Source of the DNA: Eledone cirrhosa
Lineage: Eukaryota
Assembly: GCA_964016885.1 (NCBI GenBank)
Contig: OZ024740.1
Coordinates: 272,738,001-272,802,000, forward strand
Direction of reading: 5' to 3'
DNA length: 64,000 nt
Positions 1 to 13,429 of this stretch are shown one piece after another. Numbering within the stretch: the stretch's first letter is position 1; each line of letters opens with the position of its first letter. Position numbers and translations under genes: made by a program. Under the pieces are notes generated by a model that had not been told where the DNA came from, searched no databases, and saw only the letters and a program-made list of their open reading frames with translations.

Positions 1-48
1 TCGAGAGCACCCTGGAAGGGCACCCCTCTCCTCCTCAAATTTACCTAC

Positions 49-2051
49 CTACAGCCGCATGACCAGAGTAGGCCCACTCACCCGGGCCATTCTCGCCACA
101 TTCACCCACCTTTCAGCAAATGTACTGGGGGGCAGCACTTCTCTCTCCACCCTCACCTTCCTTTCCAAGTGAAACTTGGAAAAGTTTATGAGGGATTGGC
201 CGAAGAGAAAAGTGTCTGTCTTCAGTCCTTTCAACCTCGTCCACCATACAACCTCTTTCGCTACTGCCACCAGACAGAGGACAATTGCCTGCCCTTCCTG
301 GCCAAAAGAAGGCGGCGGGTCGATCTTCATTATGGACTCGGCCGATAGCCGGATCCGTTCTACACGCGACAACAGCTGTTCAACATAACTCCACAAGTCA
401 GTAATGCACGGATACTGGACGAGTGCGTGCAGAACGGTTTCGTCGCTCTGCGCGCATCTCGGGCAGGTCCGTCTGACAGCACTTCCGTACCTGTAGAGTT
501 TATCTCGAACCGGCACTGCCAAGCGAGGGATTTTTGGAAATTATCCATCGTCCCCGGCTCGAAAGTCTTACGGTACAGACTGGTTAGTTCGACTTCGTTG
601 ACTTCCAGAGCCTCTCCGAGTGCATCGTCGCACTTGCCCACCACTAATCCTCTATAGAACTCGAGAGTGGAAGTTCCACTGACCGCATTGCCCGCCTGGT
701 AGAGGGAAGTGAGTGCCTGGCAACATTCCAGATGCCAGTCACCCAGTCTCGGTCTCTTCTTGACCCAGGACTGCAGCTCAGTCAAAGAAACGAGCTGCGG
801 AAAGGCCCATCTGACAAACAGCGACCACACCTGTTCACCGTTTAGGCAGAATATCTGGAGATGCCGCAGCCTCAGCGCGTGCCTGCGCATCATTAGCCAC
901 GGTATGCCCAGCCCTCCACGTAGAGGGTGCTGGCAGTAAATGGACCGCCTCACCAGCGGAACCTGACCCATCCACAAGAATTTGAAGAGGAGCCGCTCCA
1001 AGATGGCGAGGCCCGAACGGGGGCAAGGGATGACGGTCAGACGGTAGTAGATGACGGACGCGATGTACGCGTTCGCCACCTCCACCCGACTTTTCAGTGA
1101 TAGCTTCATTGCAGCCCATTTCTGGGTGAGACTGGCTACCCTGCCCGTCACTTCGTCCCAATTCTTATCAACCTGGAGGTCTGGCCCGAATCAACCCCTA
1201 GCAACTTTAACGGTCCGTCCGTCCAGCGCCTAACGACGCTGTTGGACGGCATGGTCTTGCCTCTCCAGGTGCCGAGTTGGAAGCTCACCGACTTTTCCGG
1301 GTTAAGTTTTGCTCCCGTCAACCTTTCAGTAACCAGGTCCTAACCTACGCATCTTATCTAGGTCGACCATACAGATCACAAACTTGTGATTTGAATAGGC
1401 GACCGTTTCAAAACGTGGACAGCTTACACTATTTCTGTTTATTTTCCTAATGAATATCCTGCCTATATACTATCTAGATGACCCTATGCGGTTAGCCCAG
1501 GTCCAACTGTCAAATTAGGGAAATCTAGTCGGTACCTGTCAGACAGTTGGAACTGGCTGATCAGGTTCTTGAGGCTTTTGCACCCCCCGCTCCTATCGGA
1601 TACTCCCACACAGTCCCAGCGTGCGTCTAAGATGCCGTTCCAGTCCCCGTTAATACTAAAGGGCGAGACGTACCCAGAAAGGTTTCCAGGCGTCTAAAGA
1701 AGTCCGGCCGTCCTGCCCCAGTAGGAGCATAGACGGCCACCAGTCTAAAGGCACCACCTTCGTTATTGTTCACGTCCAGGACCACCAACTTCGCGTCCGG
1801 GTCCCTATCTCAAGATCCAGGCCTTTCCTAAACAGCACTGCCACCCCGCCTCCCATTCCTGGCCGGCTAACAGATGCAAAGATCTGATAGTCGTCAAAAA
1901 TGGGAGCTAGTGCGCACGTGTCGGAAATCCTGGTCTCGCTGACGGCAATTACATCCATTTCTATAGACCTGAGGTCGTTGAGCAGGTGACCCTGCCTCCA
2001 GGACGATCCCAGGTCTCGAACATTTAAACATTCTACTCTTAATACGGCCAT
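49..2051 (-). pseudogene. ORF2 remnant of copy A: APE fused to the post-RT/CCHC region, with RT deleted
   Basis: The junction near 1328 joins sequence matching copy B ~6685 directly to sequence matching copy B ~5679. No QG/YADD motifs remain. Confidence 0.85.
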
Positions 2052-2082
2052 GTTGGCAGGTTAAAAAGAGAGAGAGGAATGT

Positions 2083-3976
2083 TTACTTACCTTCCGGGCT
2101 CTTGTGAAGGTCGGGAGTTTCTTTTGGGAACCCCTTTAAAAGTCTTGAAGTGGGTTTTACGTTCGGGGTTCCCACGCCCCGAGGAAAGCTGTCTCGTATT
2201 TCTTTGAATAAATCGATCAACATTCGCACCAGAACCAAATCTTGAGGCACGCGAAATGTGCTCGATTTAAAAATTTCCCCCTCTTTTTGTATATTTTCAC
2301 TTCGTGCTACGAGGGCCATCAGTTCCTTGTTGGCCCTCCTGACGAGCACGAAGTCTTGTATGTTTTGTTGGAGTGATTTTATTTGTTTGCGTGGCTGTGG
2401 TGGTGATGGATTTGGTGGTATTGTTTCGGTTGTGTCTGTGTTTGTTGTAAATTGCGGTGTCTGTGGTTTCAGATGTTTGTGTGTATATTTGTTCTTGCGT
2501 CTGTTTAGGTTGTTTGCGTTTGGAGGATTCTGGTGATGGTGATGGTGGTGTTGATGTTGGTGTTATTGGAGAGATGTTTGCGTGGGTGGTGTCTGCGTTT
2601 TTTATTGTGGGTGATTTTGTGCTTTGTTGAGTTTTTTTTTTCTTTTTGTGTTTCCTTTTTTGTATTTTGGGGGATTTTGGTTTTCCCTCATCTTCACTAC
2701 TGGTAGATGAGGGGTCTGTGTCTGTAAGTGTGTCTGTATTTATGTTTATGGTTTTATTGGTGTGTGTATTTTGGGGGGAGGGTGAATTTGACAGCTTTTC
2801 TCGTTTCCCCCCTGGGTGATTAATGTTGGTGGTGGTCTTTCCATTGGTGTTGTTGTTGGTGGTTTTGCCGGTGCTGGTGTTGGCGCCTTTCGACCCCTTG
2901 CTTCTTTCAGCAGTTGAGGGCAGAAGGCTCGCAAATGGGTTTTTTCCCCACAAACAAAACACTGCGGCCTTTTGCCTTCGGTCATAATGTGAATGACCGT
3001 CCCATTCTGCAGGCGGATGTGGTCCGGGATTGTCGTAACAATCTCGGGCCTGATCTGGAGAAGGATCTCCAGGTCCACCCCGGACCAGTCCTCTCTGGCC
3101 GTTCTGGTCACTTCTATAGGGATGGTATCCGTCCCCTCCACAATCACACATCCCAGAAGCCACCACATGTCAAGTCCTGGTGGGATTCTGGGAATGCGGA
3201 GACGGGCCGTTCTTTTTCCCATGTGGGAGGGATACATTATGACCTTGCTGGTTTTGCAAGGAGTCATAGCGTGTTTCATAGCGAGGGCTTCTGACTTGAA
3301 CAACACCGAAATGGTGTCGTACTGTCTGCCCCTCTCTATGTATTCGGTGTCTTCTCTGATGCACCTCAGCGCGACTTCGACATCTGCTTGTGGGATTAAA
3401 GCTGCCCTTTTGGTTTGTGCTGAGATGCATCTATAATGCACCGTTCTGCGCTCCACTACCTCAATAGCTTCTACCGGGACAGTTAAGTTGGCCCAGGTTT
3501 GCTCTTGCTTCATGAGCTTCCATGCCTGGGCCAACTTTTCATCTTTGTTTGAGAGGTCCATGTTGAAGCATGGCCTCTTTTTTGTTGCTGCCGCAGCGAA
3601 AGTGTTCTTCTTGTTTTCGTTGGGGGTGTTGTTGTCGTTGTCGTTGTTCTTGGTGCTGTTGTTATCACTGTCGCTGTTATCATTGTTGTCTTTGTTGCCA
3701 CCGTCGTTCTCGGTGCAGTTGGTATTGTTGGGGTTGGTGTTGTCGCTATTTGTTTTCATGTTAGTGGTGTTGATATTGTTGTTGCATTTATCATTTTTTT
3801 TTGTTATCTGTATTTTCGTTGTCGCTGTTACTGTCATTTTTTTCAAAATTAGAGTTCTCATTGGTATCATTGGTGTCTTTGTTTACATTGTTTGTGGTGG
3901 TGTTTGTGTTATCAATGTGTGTTAATTTCGCTGTAGCGCTCCTCTCAACTTCTACGTCGTTGTCGCACGACAGCAA
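2083..3976 (-). pseudogene. ORF1 (gag-like nucleic-acid-binding protein with zinc knuckle), frameshifted
   Basis: ORFs 3791-3976, 2746-3870, 2297-3166 and 2083-2349 overlap in different frames. They contain an N/D/T-rich N-terminus, TFAAAA, a CX2CX4HX4C knuckle and a P/T/K-rich tail. Confidence 0.75.
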
Positions 3977-4213
3977 ACATATCGCGGGGGTTGGTGTGGC
4001 TCAGCCATGTTTTTTTTTCTCCGTAAATTTTTTTAACATGTAAAAAAAGTTCAAATATTTGGGCCAAAATGCCCAAATATTATACTTTCCCCTTCACGGG
4101 GCAAAGTCTAAGGGCTTATATCCCTTACACAACAAGAAATATTTAACAACAAATAATTTTAACAGGCAAATAAAGCCACTTACTGGGAGCGAGCCAAATA
4201 CGTCCGCTTAGAC

Positions 4214-4214
4214 C

Positions 4215-4244
<30 letters not shown>
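4214..4244. repeat. (AAT)n tract between the two Tx1 copies; a second tract lies at 7061-7078
   Basis: Read directly. The tracts sit at both visible junctions of the LINE array. Confidence 0.95.
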
Positions 4245-4246
<2 letters not shown>

Positions 4247-7060
4247 TTTCATTTATTAGCCACAAGGGCCGACACGTAGGGGACAATACAAAGACAGGGA
4301 CAGTGGGGGTTTACAATAAGGTGGAGTAAAAGTGCACAATGGCAAGACTAATTTAACAATGAAAATATAAAAATATAAAATAAACTATGCATAAATATAA
4401 CAAAATAAATCAGAGTAGGCCCATTCACACGAGCCATTCTCGCCACATTCACCCACCTTTTAGCAAATGTACTGGGAGGGGCAGCACTTTTCTCTCCACC
4501 CTCACCCTCCTTTCCAGGTGAAACTTGAAGAAGTTGATGAGGGATTGGCCGAAGAGAAAAGTGTCTGTCTTTAGTCCTTTCAACCTGGTCCACCATATAA
4601 TCTCTTTCGCAACTTCCACCAGACAGAGGAACATTTCCTGCTCTTCCTGACCTAAGGAAGGTGGCGGCTCGATCTTCACTCTGGACTCGGCCGATAGCCG
4701 GATTCGTTCCACACGTGACAGTAGCTGTTCGACATAACTCCATAAGTCAGTAATGCACGGACATTGGACAAGTGCGTGCAGAACGGTTTCGTCGTTCTGT
4801 GCGCATCTTGGGCAGGTCCGTCTGACAGCACTTCCGTGCCTGTAGAGTTTATCCCGAACCTGCAGTGCTCCCCAGTAGCACTGCCAAGCGAGGGACTTTT
4901 GGAAATTGTCCATCGTCCCCGGCTCGAAAGTCCTCCGGTACAGACTGGTCAGTTCGACTTCGTCGAGGCCCAAAGCTTCTCCGAGTGCGTCATCGCACTT
5001 GCCCACCACTAATCCTCTATATAACTCGAGAGTGGAAGTTCCACTGATCGCATTGCCCGCTTGGTAGAGGGCAGTGAGTGCCTGGCAACATTCCAGGTGC
5101 CAGTCACCCAGTCTCGGTCTCTTCTTGACCCAGGACTGCAGCTCAGTCAAAGAAATGAGCTGCGGAAAGGCCCGTCTGATAAACGGCGACCACACCTGTT
5201 CACCATTGAGGCAGAATGTCTGGAGATGTCGCAGCCTCAACGCATGTCTGCGCATCATTAGCCATGGCATGCCCAGCCCTCCGTGTAGAGGGTGCTGGCA
5301 GCAGATGGACCGCCTCACCAACGGAACTTGTCCCCTCCACAAGAATTTGAAGAGGAGCCGTTCCAACTTGACGTGGCGCGGACGGGGGCAAGGCATGACG
5401 GTTAGGCGGTAGTAGATGACGGACGCGATGTACGCATTCGCCACATCCGCGCGACCTTTCAGTGATAGCTTCCTCCCAGCCCATTTTTGGGTGAGACTGG
5501 CTACCCTGCTCGTTACCTCGTCCCAATTCTTTTCCACCTGGAGGTCTGGTCCGAACAAAACCCCGAGCAACTTTACCGGTCCGTCCGTCCAGCGCCCCAC
5601 GACGCTGTTGGACGGCATGGGCTTGCCTCTCCAGGTTCCGAGCTGCAAGCCCACCGACTTTTCTCCTGTCAACCTTTCATATTCCTTCAATAAGGTGCCG
5701 ACCACCTCGATTTCTGAGGTGTTTGGCACCATCTCGGTGATGTCGTCCGCATAAGCCGACACCGCCTTTCCACGTCCCGGTTCGAGCGGGATGCCTGCAA
5801 CAGCTCCAGCTTCCGCAGTAAAGGCTCGAGAGTCAATACGTACAGAAGGGAAGAGAGAGGGCACCCTTGACGGACCGATCGAGAGAGCCGAAATGGTTCC
5901 GAGAGGTGGCCATTAACCTTGACCACCGAGCGTGTGCCGCTGTGCATTGCAACGATCCAGCTTCTAAAGACAGGGCCAAAGCCAGCTGCTTTGAGGACAA
6001 ACTCCAGATACCGATGGTCGACCCTATCGAATGCTTTCGATTGATCTAAATTTATCAGTGCCCCACCGAAGCCAGGTTTACACCCTACCCTCTCTATGAT
6101 GTATCGCATGAGGTGGAGATTGTCGTGTATGGACCTGGCTGGGATTGCGCAAGTTTGCGCCTCCCCAACCAAATCCTCGACGACAAGCGCCAATCTCTTT
6201 GCTAACACCTTGGCCAAAATCTTAAACTCTGTGTTGAGCAGAGTTATGGGCCTGAAGTTGTCTAATGTATCCCTCTTGTTCTCGTCTTTCCTTATCAGCG
6301 TCACCACTCCCCTGCTCACAGAACTGGGTATACTCCCATTCTGCTGCCAGTTGCAGTAGAGTGCTTCGAGGAGTTCGGAGAACAAGTCTGGCATATTTAC
6401 GTAAAGCTCGTAGGGCAGGCCATCCAAACCGGGTGACTTGCGCCTCATGCAGCCGACAAGGGCATCCTGAATTTCGGCTGAAGTAATCGGTCTTTCGCAG
6501 CGCTCAACGTTGACCGTCTCTAACGCTACTTCTTTGCTGAATTCTATCGAAGTTACTCTAATCTCTCTTTTGAGAGCCCCCCACCATCTGTTGTTGATGA
6601 TCCCCCCTGTCAACTTTTGCTTAACTAACTTGTTGACTCGGTCCCTGTAAGCCTTACGTGCCGGAAATGACATGTTCAGCTTCCAGTAACCCGGTCCTAA
6701 CCTACGCGTTTTATTTAGGTCGACCGTACAGATCACAAATTTGTGATCTGAATAGGCGACCGTTTTAAAAAGTGGACAGCCCACACTATTTCTATCTATT
6801 TTACTAATGAAGATCCTGTCTATATACGATCTAGATGACCCCATTCGGTTGGTCCATGTCCATACTGGCACATTGGGGAAATCTAGTCGATACCTGTCAG
6901 ACAGTTGGAACTGGCTGAGTAGGTGCTTGAGGCTTTTGCACCCCCCGCTCCTATCGGCTACTCCCACACAATCCCAGCGTGCGTCTAAGATGCTATTCCA
7001 GTCCCCCGCTAACAGTAAAGGGCGAGACGTACCCAGAAAGGTCTCCAGGCGAGAGAAACG
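4245..7060 (-). mobile_element. Tx1/L1-clade non-LTR retrotransposon, copy B, 5'-truncated within APE
   Basis: Motifs include SDH (APE end), GYWKLN, SPGLDGLP, RPITLLN, LDQSKAFDRVDH, SVRQGCPLS, YADD and CPRC..HALVQC. The 3' end has AATAAA followed by (ATT)n. Confidence 0.92.
4449..6967 (-). pseudogene. ORF2 of copy B (APE C-terminus, RT, CCHC), frameshifted
   Basis: ORFs 5687-6967 and 4449-5864 are split by a frameshift between QGCPLS and YADD. Confidence 0.88.
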
Positions 7061-7078
7061 ATAATAATAATAATAATG

Positions 7079-7120
7079 AGCAGCGATTCTTTGCTTAAAC
7101 TTTAATCTGTTATTTTAATG
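7079..7120 (+). mobile_element. Terminal pLTR fragment of the PLE family found at 18108 and 38457
   Basis: agcagcgattctttgcttaaactttaatctgttattttaat matches ~40284-40324 and is the near reverse complement of ~18108-18157. Confidence 0.85.
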
Positions 7121-7159
7121 TATATATACATATATATAGATATACCCCCCCCCCCCATT

Positions 7160-7790
7160 TTAAAGCCTACCTTATATACCAACTACAGAACCACTCTATT
7201 CTCCATATATGTTATCACGTTTCTCTGTGACCTGTCTTCTCTCTCCCTCTACCTACTTATTTCGTTACTATCTACTCTTCCTCCTCTTTCTTCCTCTCCC
7301 TTTCTCCCTCTCACTTTCACTCTCCCTCTCTCTGCCAGCCACCTCATTGTTTCTCTCGCCTGACCTTCTAGCTGTCCTTTTCTCGCTTACACTCGCCTGG
7401 GCCAGTCGTGTCTTTTCGTTCGCCCACACGCTCTCAAACTTAAGTTCTGCTACCGCTGTGGTCTTGGATTTTCTTACCTTAAGTTTGTCGCATATTCCCT
7501 GGTTTGTTGTGTTTTTTCGCTATTTTCTCTTTTCTTCCCCTTTTCCCTTTTTCCTTCTATTTCTCTTCTCTGTCTCCTCCGTTTTCCCAATAACTTACTC
7601 AGTTATTGAACGCTCTTAGGGTAGATATATTGTCTTTAAAGCGTTGAAATATCCGAGATCCCCCAGTAGACAACTGATGAAGAAAACTCAACCGCCCACG
7701 TTCTTGCTTTCTTCTTATTCTCATTCTATTGTTAAGCCTAACTTAACTAGCAACTACACAGCCATCCTATTCTCCATATATTTTATATAT
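7160..7790. repeat. ~570-bp unit with imperfect terminal direct repeats, flanked by microsatellite
   Basis: aagcctac..caactacag..ctattctccatatat at 7163-7210 recurs at 7734-7781. Confidence 0.55.
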
Positions 7791-7794
7791 ATAT

Positions 7795-7904
<110 letters not shown>

Positions 7905-8620
7905 CTATATATATATACTTTATTGTATATTGCTCTGATTGTTGATTATTTAATTAATTAATTCGTCATTGAGCCACATCGTGAATGGTTGCCAGAATAC
8001 ACATATATATATATCTATGACTTTGTCTAGTTTATGTATATGTAAATCTTTATATTTGATAATCTCCCATATGGTTGAGATGCAATTTAGGCAATATTAG
8101 GCTGCGCTTTCTAGCAACCAGCCCACTCGCCGTAAGGCACCAATCACATTCTTTCTGACCTGACCACTGCCACGTCACAGTTCTTAGCCATTTTGAATTC
8201 GTTTCGGCGGGGATCATTTAAGAAGAATCTTCGTCCAAGTGAGTTTGTTTCCTGATGATTTCGTAGCTCGTGAATTTATCCTTGATCGGATATTTCAAAA
8301 AGCGAATGAAAACCCATGGGGTAGAAACGTAATGTTGGTATGTTTATATACATTTTTTCTTATAACTTTGATTTTATACCTAACTGTGTATGGTTGACGA
8401 TATATTTAATCGATTTCCACGTGCTATTAGAAATGGTGGGTAAATATTCTATAGCTGTTGATCGCGAATAGATAGCTATCGTTTATTTATCTATTATTTC
8501 TTCATAGGTGTCTTTTAATCTTATAGCCTTGTTTAATTGGTTTTTTGTGTGGTTGATTATGCTGATTGGGAGAGGAAATAATTGTATATATTTTATCAAA
8601 TGATTCTATGGACATACTTT

Positions 8621-8657
<37 letters not shown>

Positions 8658-8853
8658 GTAGAACACTGGTGGGTTACATCCGTAGTAGTAGAGCATTCAG
8701 TCCATGGGACGAGTTTGGTAGAAGTAGTTCCGGTTTAAACCGAGGTGATGATCCGAATAAGGTGAAACAATTGTTCTCGTTAATGATGAACTAATTGTTG
8801 TGGAACTACTTCTATAAAGCCCCACACACGCACTCACACACACACGTACACAG

Positions 8854-8891
<38 letters not shown>

Positions 8892-10191
8892 GATGTTATC
8901 TAATACATGAATTGTATTAAGCTTTAAAGCTTCAATTAACTGAGATCTTTCAGCCAATTTGAAGTAATATATGATTAAAATTTTAAAAATATATAATTGT
9001 TGTTATTTCTGTTATGTATTAATAAAACTGCAATTTAGACATAAGATAAATTAGAACCTCTGAGTTACACGGTTATCATTTCCCTGGGTCAATGCATATA
9101 TTGCCAGAGCAGTAAGATCGAACCTGGGAACCTTATCTTGAAGTATACTTTATAATCTCATATCTGTGCCTCGTTTTTCTCCTTCACGATGAGGTTCAAT
9201 TCATATGACATTTGGATAATTAAATAAATGATTGAAACTATTTTTTTCATAAATGTCTAACTTTCTGATTAAAATTTACATCCTCATTTATTTCTTGATT
9301 AATCTATCTTACAAAACGTGTTTTACTGATGTGTTTCATGATTTATTCCATCTATATAAAAAGAGAAATATAAGATATATTTACTTATAGACATGATATA
9401 TTCCCTGATTTTGTCTCTTCCTCTCTCATATAGTCCGTTAGTGATAATATATCGTAACATCGGGTTTTATGCTTAAATATTCCTAAGTCAACTAGTTACT
9501 AAAATATGCATAATACAGATGTTGTTAGCATGTTCCCAACATTGCATCCTGCGTATTAAAGGTTTTAAGAGTTATAACACTTTGAAAATTAATCTTGTTA
9601 GCGGTGACGTATTTCTCTTCAGTGGTATGAATTATAGAAACCGAAACATATGAATAGTTGTAACGTACCTGCATACAAAGATAAAATATTTCTTCTCCTA
9701 AACATGTAAATTAACTTCAATATATTATTTCGTAATTTATTGTAATCATCTACTCTCTTCTTTGATGTTCCTTAACAATTCCTACTAGGTTTTGTTTTCT
9801 CTCCGCGGAATAAACGGAAATTTGCATAAATTATTTACGTACAGGTGTTGCAACAGCTTGATAGTATTAGCAATGAAAGACCAATTGAAAAATAGTTTCT
9901 CTGGTCGGATTTCACGAGTTCCATTCGATTCGTTAAGCGAATGTGATCTGGATTCTTGTCGATTGACGAAGAACTGAAATGAGACAATATTTAGTATACT
10001 ATCACGTATTTATTTGAATCCATGCCATTAGCTTATTTGAGTTTTTTCTATTAGCTCATATTATTCTTTTCAATTATGAATTAATTATTGGCACACATTT
10101 ATTCGTGCCTATTTTTCCTATAGTTAAAAACCTTTGTCAACTCATGAAACTTGGTTGAGTAGACTATAATACTAATGAGCATTAGTAGAAC

Positions 10192-10535
10192 GAAGGCGCA
10201 TGTCTTAGTGGTTAGATCATTGGGCTTGCATTCGGAAGCTTATGAGTTCGATTCTCGGACCGGTTGTTGTGTTGTGTCCTCGAGCAAGACACTTAATTTC
10301 ACGTTGCTCCAGTTTACTCAGCTGTAGAAATGAGTTGTGACGTCACTGGTGTGAAGCTGCATCGGCCATAGCTTTTCCCTTAGACATCATCGGTGGCGTG
10401 GAGAGGGGAGGCTGGTATGCATGGGCGACTGCTGATCTTCCAGAAACAACCTTGCCCGGACTTGTGCCTTGTAGGGAAACTTTCTAGGTACAAATCCCAT
10501 GGTTATTCGTGACCGAGGGGATCCTTACTTTAGTA
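10192..10535 (+). mobile_element. tRNA-derived SINE with CORE-like central domain
   Basis: A-box-like tgtcttagtggtt, B-box gagttcgattc, then gtgtcctcgagcaagacacttaattt resembling the CORE consensus. A related head lies at 36545-36657. Confidence 0.75.
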
Positions 10536-11495
10536 GAGTGACAATATGTATATAGTTGTTTCATACCTGCACACAAATATCAGATCTTTCTTCTTCTAAG
10601 TATTTAAATTAACGTTGAGAGATTAGTTCTAAATATTCTGAAATAATTTGCCGTTTTCTTTGAAAAGTGTTGAAAATTGTCGCCAGGTGTTTCTTACCTT
10701 TCTGAAATTAATAGTTTCTTTTTGTGTAGCCTTCGGTATATTGCCTCGTAAGTTTTATACGGACGTACGTAAATACATACATAAATACATACATACGTAC
10801 GTACATACATACATACACGAACACATACACGAACACACATGCATACACATGTATATATATACATTTATACAACGAACAATATGAAATAATACATGAAAAT
10901 ATATGAAATGGCAATGAGTGAACAGGAACAAAGTGTTTGGAATAAAAAAATCATATGGAAATAAGCATGTTAAGCTAAAGGGAAGAAAATATAAGCCAAC
11001 AAAGAATCTATTATTGTTTATGGTGAGGTAAGAAGTAGCTATCATTGATTAAACTTGAATGGGATTATAGAGAGAATGTCAATGCTTCAGGTGAATATCT
11101 AGTACATGGAAATGTGCTGGAATGATAAAGAGTTGAAAATATCAGAGCATGCTGTTATAAAATATACTGAGATCAGGAATACTTATTTGTAGGTCAAGAA
11201 TAGAGATAATGTATATTTGTTCCTGGGAAAGGTTACATATGAAGCCATTTTAATAAGCTGACGCTATAATCTACAATTGCTTGAGGAGGCACTTTTTGTA
11301 ATGTGACATTTAGTAAATACCGGTGGTCAAAAATTAGATAGCAGATTTATTTTGTTTTTGTATGAAGTTTTCTCCAGTCTTTTCGGCGATTTTTTTTATT
11401 TGTTAAAGAAACTGGAGATGTATTCACTGATATTATGAATGAGGTTTAAAATATATGGATGGAGTTTAGATGAATATATATATATATATATATAA

Positions 11496-11708
11496 AATTA
11501 GAAAGTGTATAACACAAAATATAACTACTCCATTACCAAAGGTTTCTGCATCACAGACGATAATAATATATACGTCTGGATCGTTCGTCAGATAGAGATG
11601 TTATGGATAAAAGATATCTTTTATCCATAACATTTCTATCTGACGATCTGTGATCCAGAAACCTTTGGGAATGGAGTAGTTATATTTTGTGTTGTTCACT
11701 TTCTAATT
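11496..11708. repeat. Fold-back inverted repeat (centre 11615/6) between (TA)n and (CA)n; PLE pLTR-like
   Basis: aattagaaagtg...aagat|atctt...cactttctaatt. The right arm lacks ~27 nt. Confidence 0.9.
11528..11597 (-). ncRNA. Type I hammerhead ribozyme-like motif (weak base of stem II)
   Basis: CUCUAU-CUGACGA-[..CAGACG..CGUCUG..]-GAAA-CC UUU GG-UA-AUGGAG. Confidence 0.55.
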
Positions 11709-11771
11709 GAAAAGCTCTGTTATATACATAGAGCACTCTTTTTTCCTTTGCTTTTCTTTTGGAATAACGTA

Positions 11772-11825
<54 letters not shown>

Positions 11826-11919
11826 ACACACACACCCACCCACACACACACACACACACATACACACACACACATATATATATACATATATACACACACA
11901 CGTATATGTATATACATAT

Positions 11920-11952
<33 letters not shown>

Positions 11953-11993
11953 CATATATACACACACACATATATATATATGTATATACATAT

Positions 11994-12037
<44 letters not shown>

Positions 12038-12193
12038 CAAAAAAGTTAGCACCCTACATGGCTGAATATTCGATTCGTTTGCAATTATACAAACAGCCTC
12101 ACTTTCCAAGCCATGTCACCGGAATGAGCCCCTCATTCCCGCTCCTGAGCTGGCATGCAATACATACACACATGCATACACACACACACATAC

Positions 12194-12236
<43 letters not shown>

Positions 12237-12246
12237 TATATATATA

Positions 12247-13355
12247 CAATATATTAATAAATGGAAACTATATTTATAAAACCATAATTATTTTATTATA
12301 TATATCTCAAGGGCAACCAAGGCAAATTATGGTGCGCTTTCATCAGATAAAATACAGATTTGTTTTAAAAATAAATATTGACATACCCGGAAAAAAGAAT
12401 GAAGTACTTATTCCTTTGAAAACTCGTAAATTTTCGTAATTTTTGGAATTATTTGGATGTTTAATATTTGACTTACAACTATTAATAAATTCTGGCTAAA
12501 TATAATTTTGCCAAACTTACTTTAATCAAATAAACTATACTAGATTTTTTCCAATGTAAAATACTATACATTTAAATAATTTATAATCTATAACATAACA
12601 TACCAATCTAAACCCATATATTATTAATACATCTTACTATATTTTAATTAAATTTTAATAAAATTTTAAACTAAAATTTTTAATTAAATTTTAACAATAG
12701 TTTTTATCCTTAATTTAACTTAAACAGCATAATGAACGTTATATTTACGTTCTGAGTATTCATCCATGTAAAACTTATTTCTTCGTTCGCTTCGCTTCTC
12801 TTCACTATCACTATGCATAATCTTGTCTTTTCTTCTCTTTTTCTCTTTCTATTTTCTTCTCTCTCCCTTTCATTATTCTTTCTCCCTCCCTTTCAATATT
12901 TTTTTCTCTCTCCCTTTCAATATTTTTTTCTCTCTCTCCCTCAATATTTTTTCCCTCTCCCTTTTACATCTCCTTTCTTCCAACAGTTTAATTTAAATAA
13001 ACCGTTGTTTTTTCAATTTTTCTGACACTTATTTGCATACTCACTCATAACTTTGTATCACCCTCAATAAAATATTATCTCCACTATCCAGAGAACTTCA
13101 ACCGTTAAGGTTGTCTTTTTTCCGGGTATGTCAATATTTATTTATAAAACAAATCTGTATTTTATCTGATGAAAGCGCACCATAATTTGCCTTGGTTGCC
13201 TTTGAAATATATATAATAAAATAATTATGGTTTTATAAATATAGTTTCCATTTATTAATATATTGAATATTTACTCCACCACACTGTTGAGTGCTTTATA
13301 TCAGTTATAAAAATGTTTAAGCTTGTTGAATCCCAACAAATTAAATATAACCTCT
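12247..13355. mobile_element. PLE-type non-coding module: ~150-bp inverted arms (12247-12398 / 13113-13265), ~715-bp spacer, 3' tail
   Basis: The arms are near-perfect reverse complements and each holds a hammerhead motif. The same family occurs at 58148-58440. Confidence 0.8.
13160..13221 (+). ncRNA. Type I hammerhead ribozyme
   Basis: UUUUAU-CUGAUGA-AAGCGCACCA..UGGUUGCCUUU-GAAA-UAUAUA-UA-AUAAAA. The mirror copy at 12291-12352 (-) has GAGA in place of GAAA. Confidence 0.75.
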
Positions 13356-13429
13356 ACACACACACACACACACACACACACCCACATATATATATAGTTT
13401 TAAATTAAGTTTGTTATAAGTTTTATATT

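Larger units (their letters stand above)
1..4213 (-). mobile_element. Tx1/L1-clade non-LTR retrotransposon, copy A (5' UTR + ORF1 + internally deleted ORF2); 3' end runs off the window
   Basis: ORF1 has a CCHC knuckle (CFVCGEKTHLRAFC). ORF2 begins with APE motifs (LNVRDL, VIAVSET, GGVAVL) and ends with the C-terminal CPRC..ETVLHAL motif. It is highly similar to copy B. The 5' end abuts (ATT)n at 4214-4244. Confidence 0.9.

Noticed and set aside
176-7064. Plus-strand ORFs over the Tx1 elements
   Set aside because: These are antisense shadows of the minus-strand LINE ORFs.
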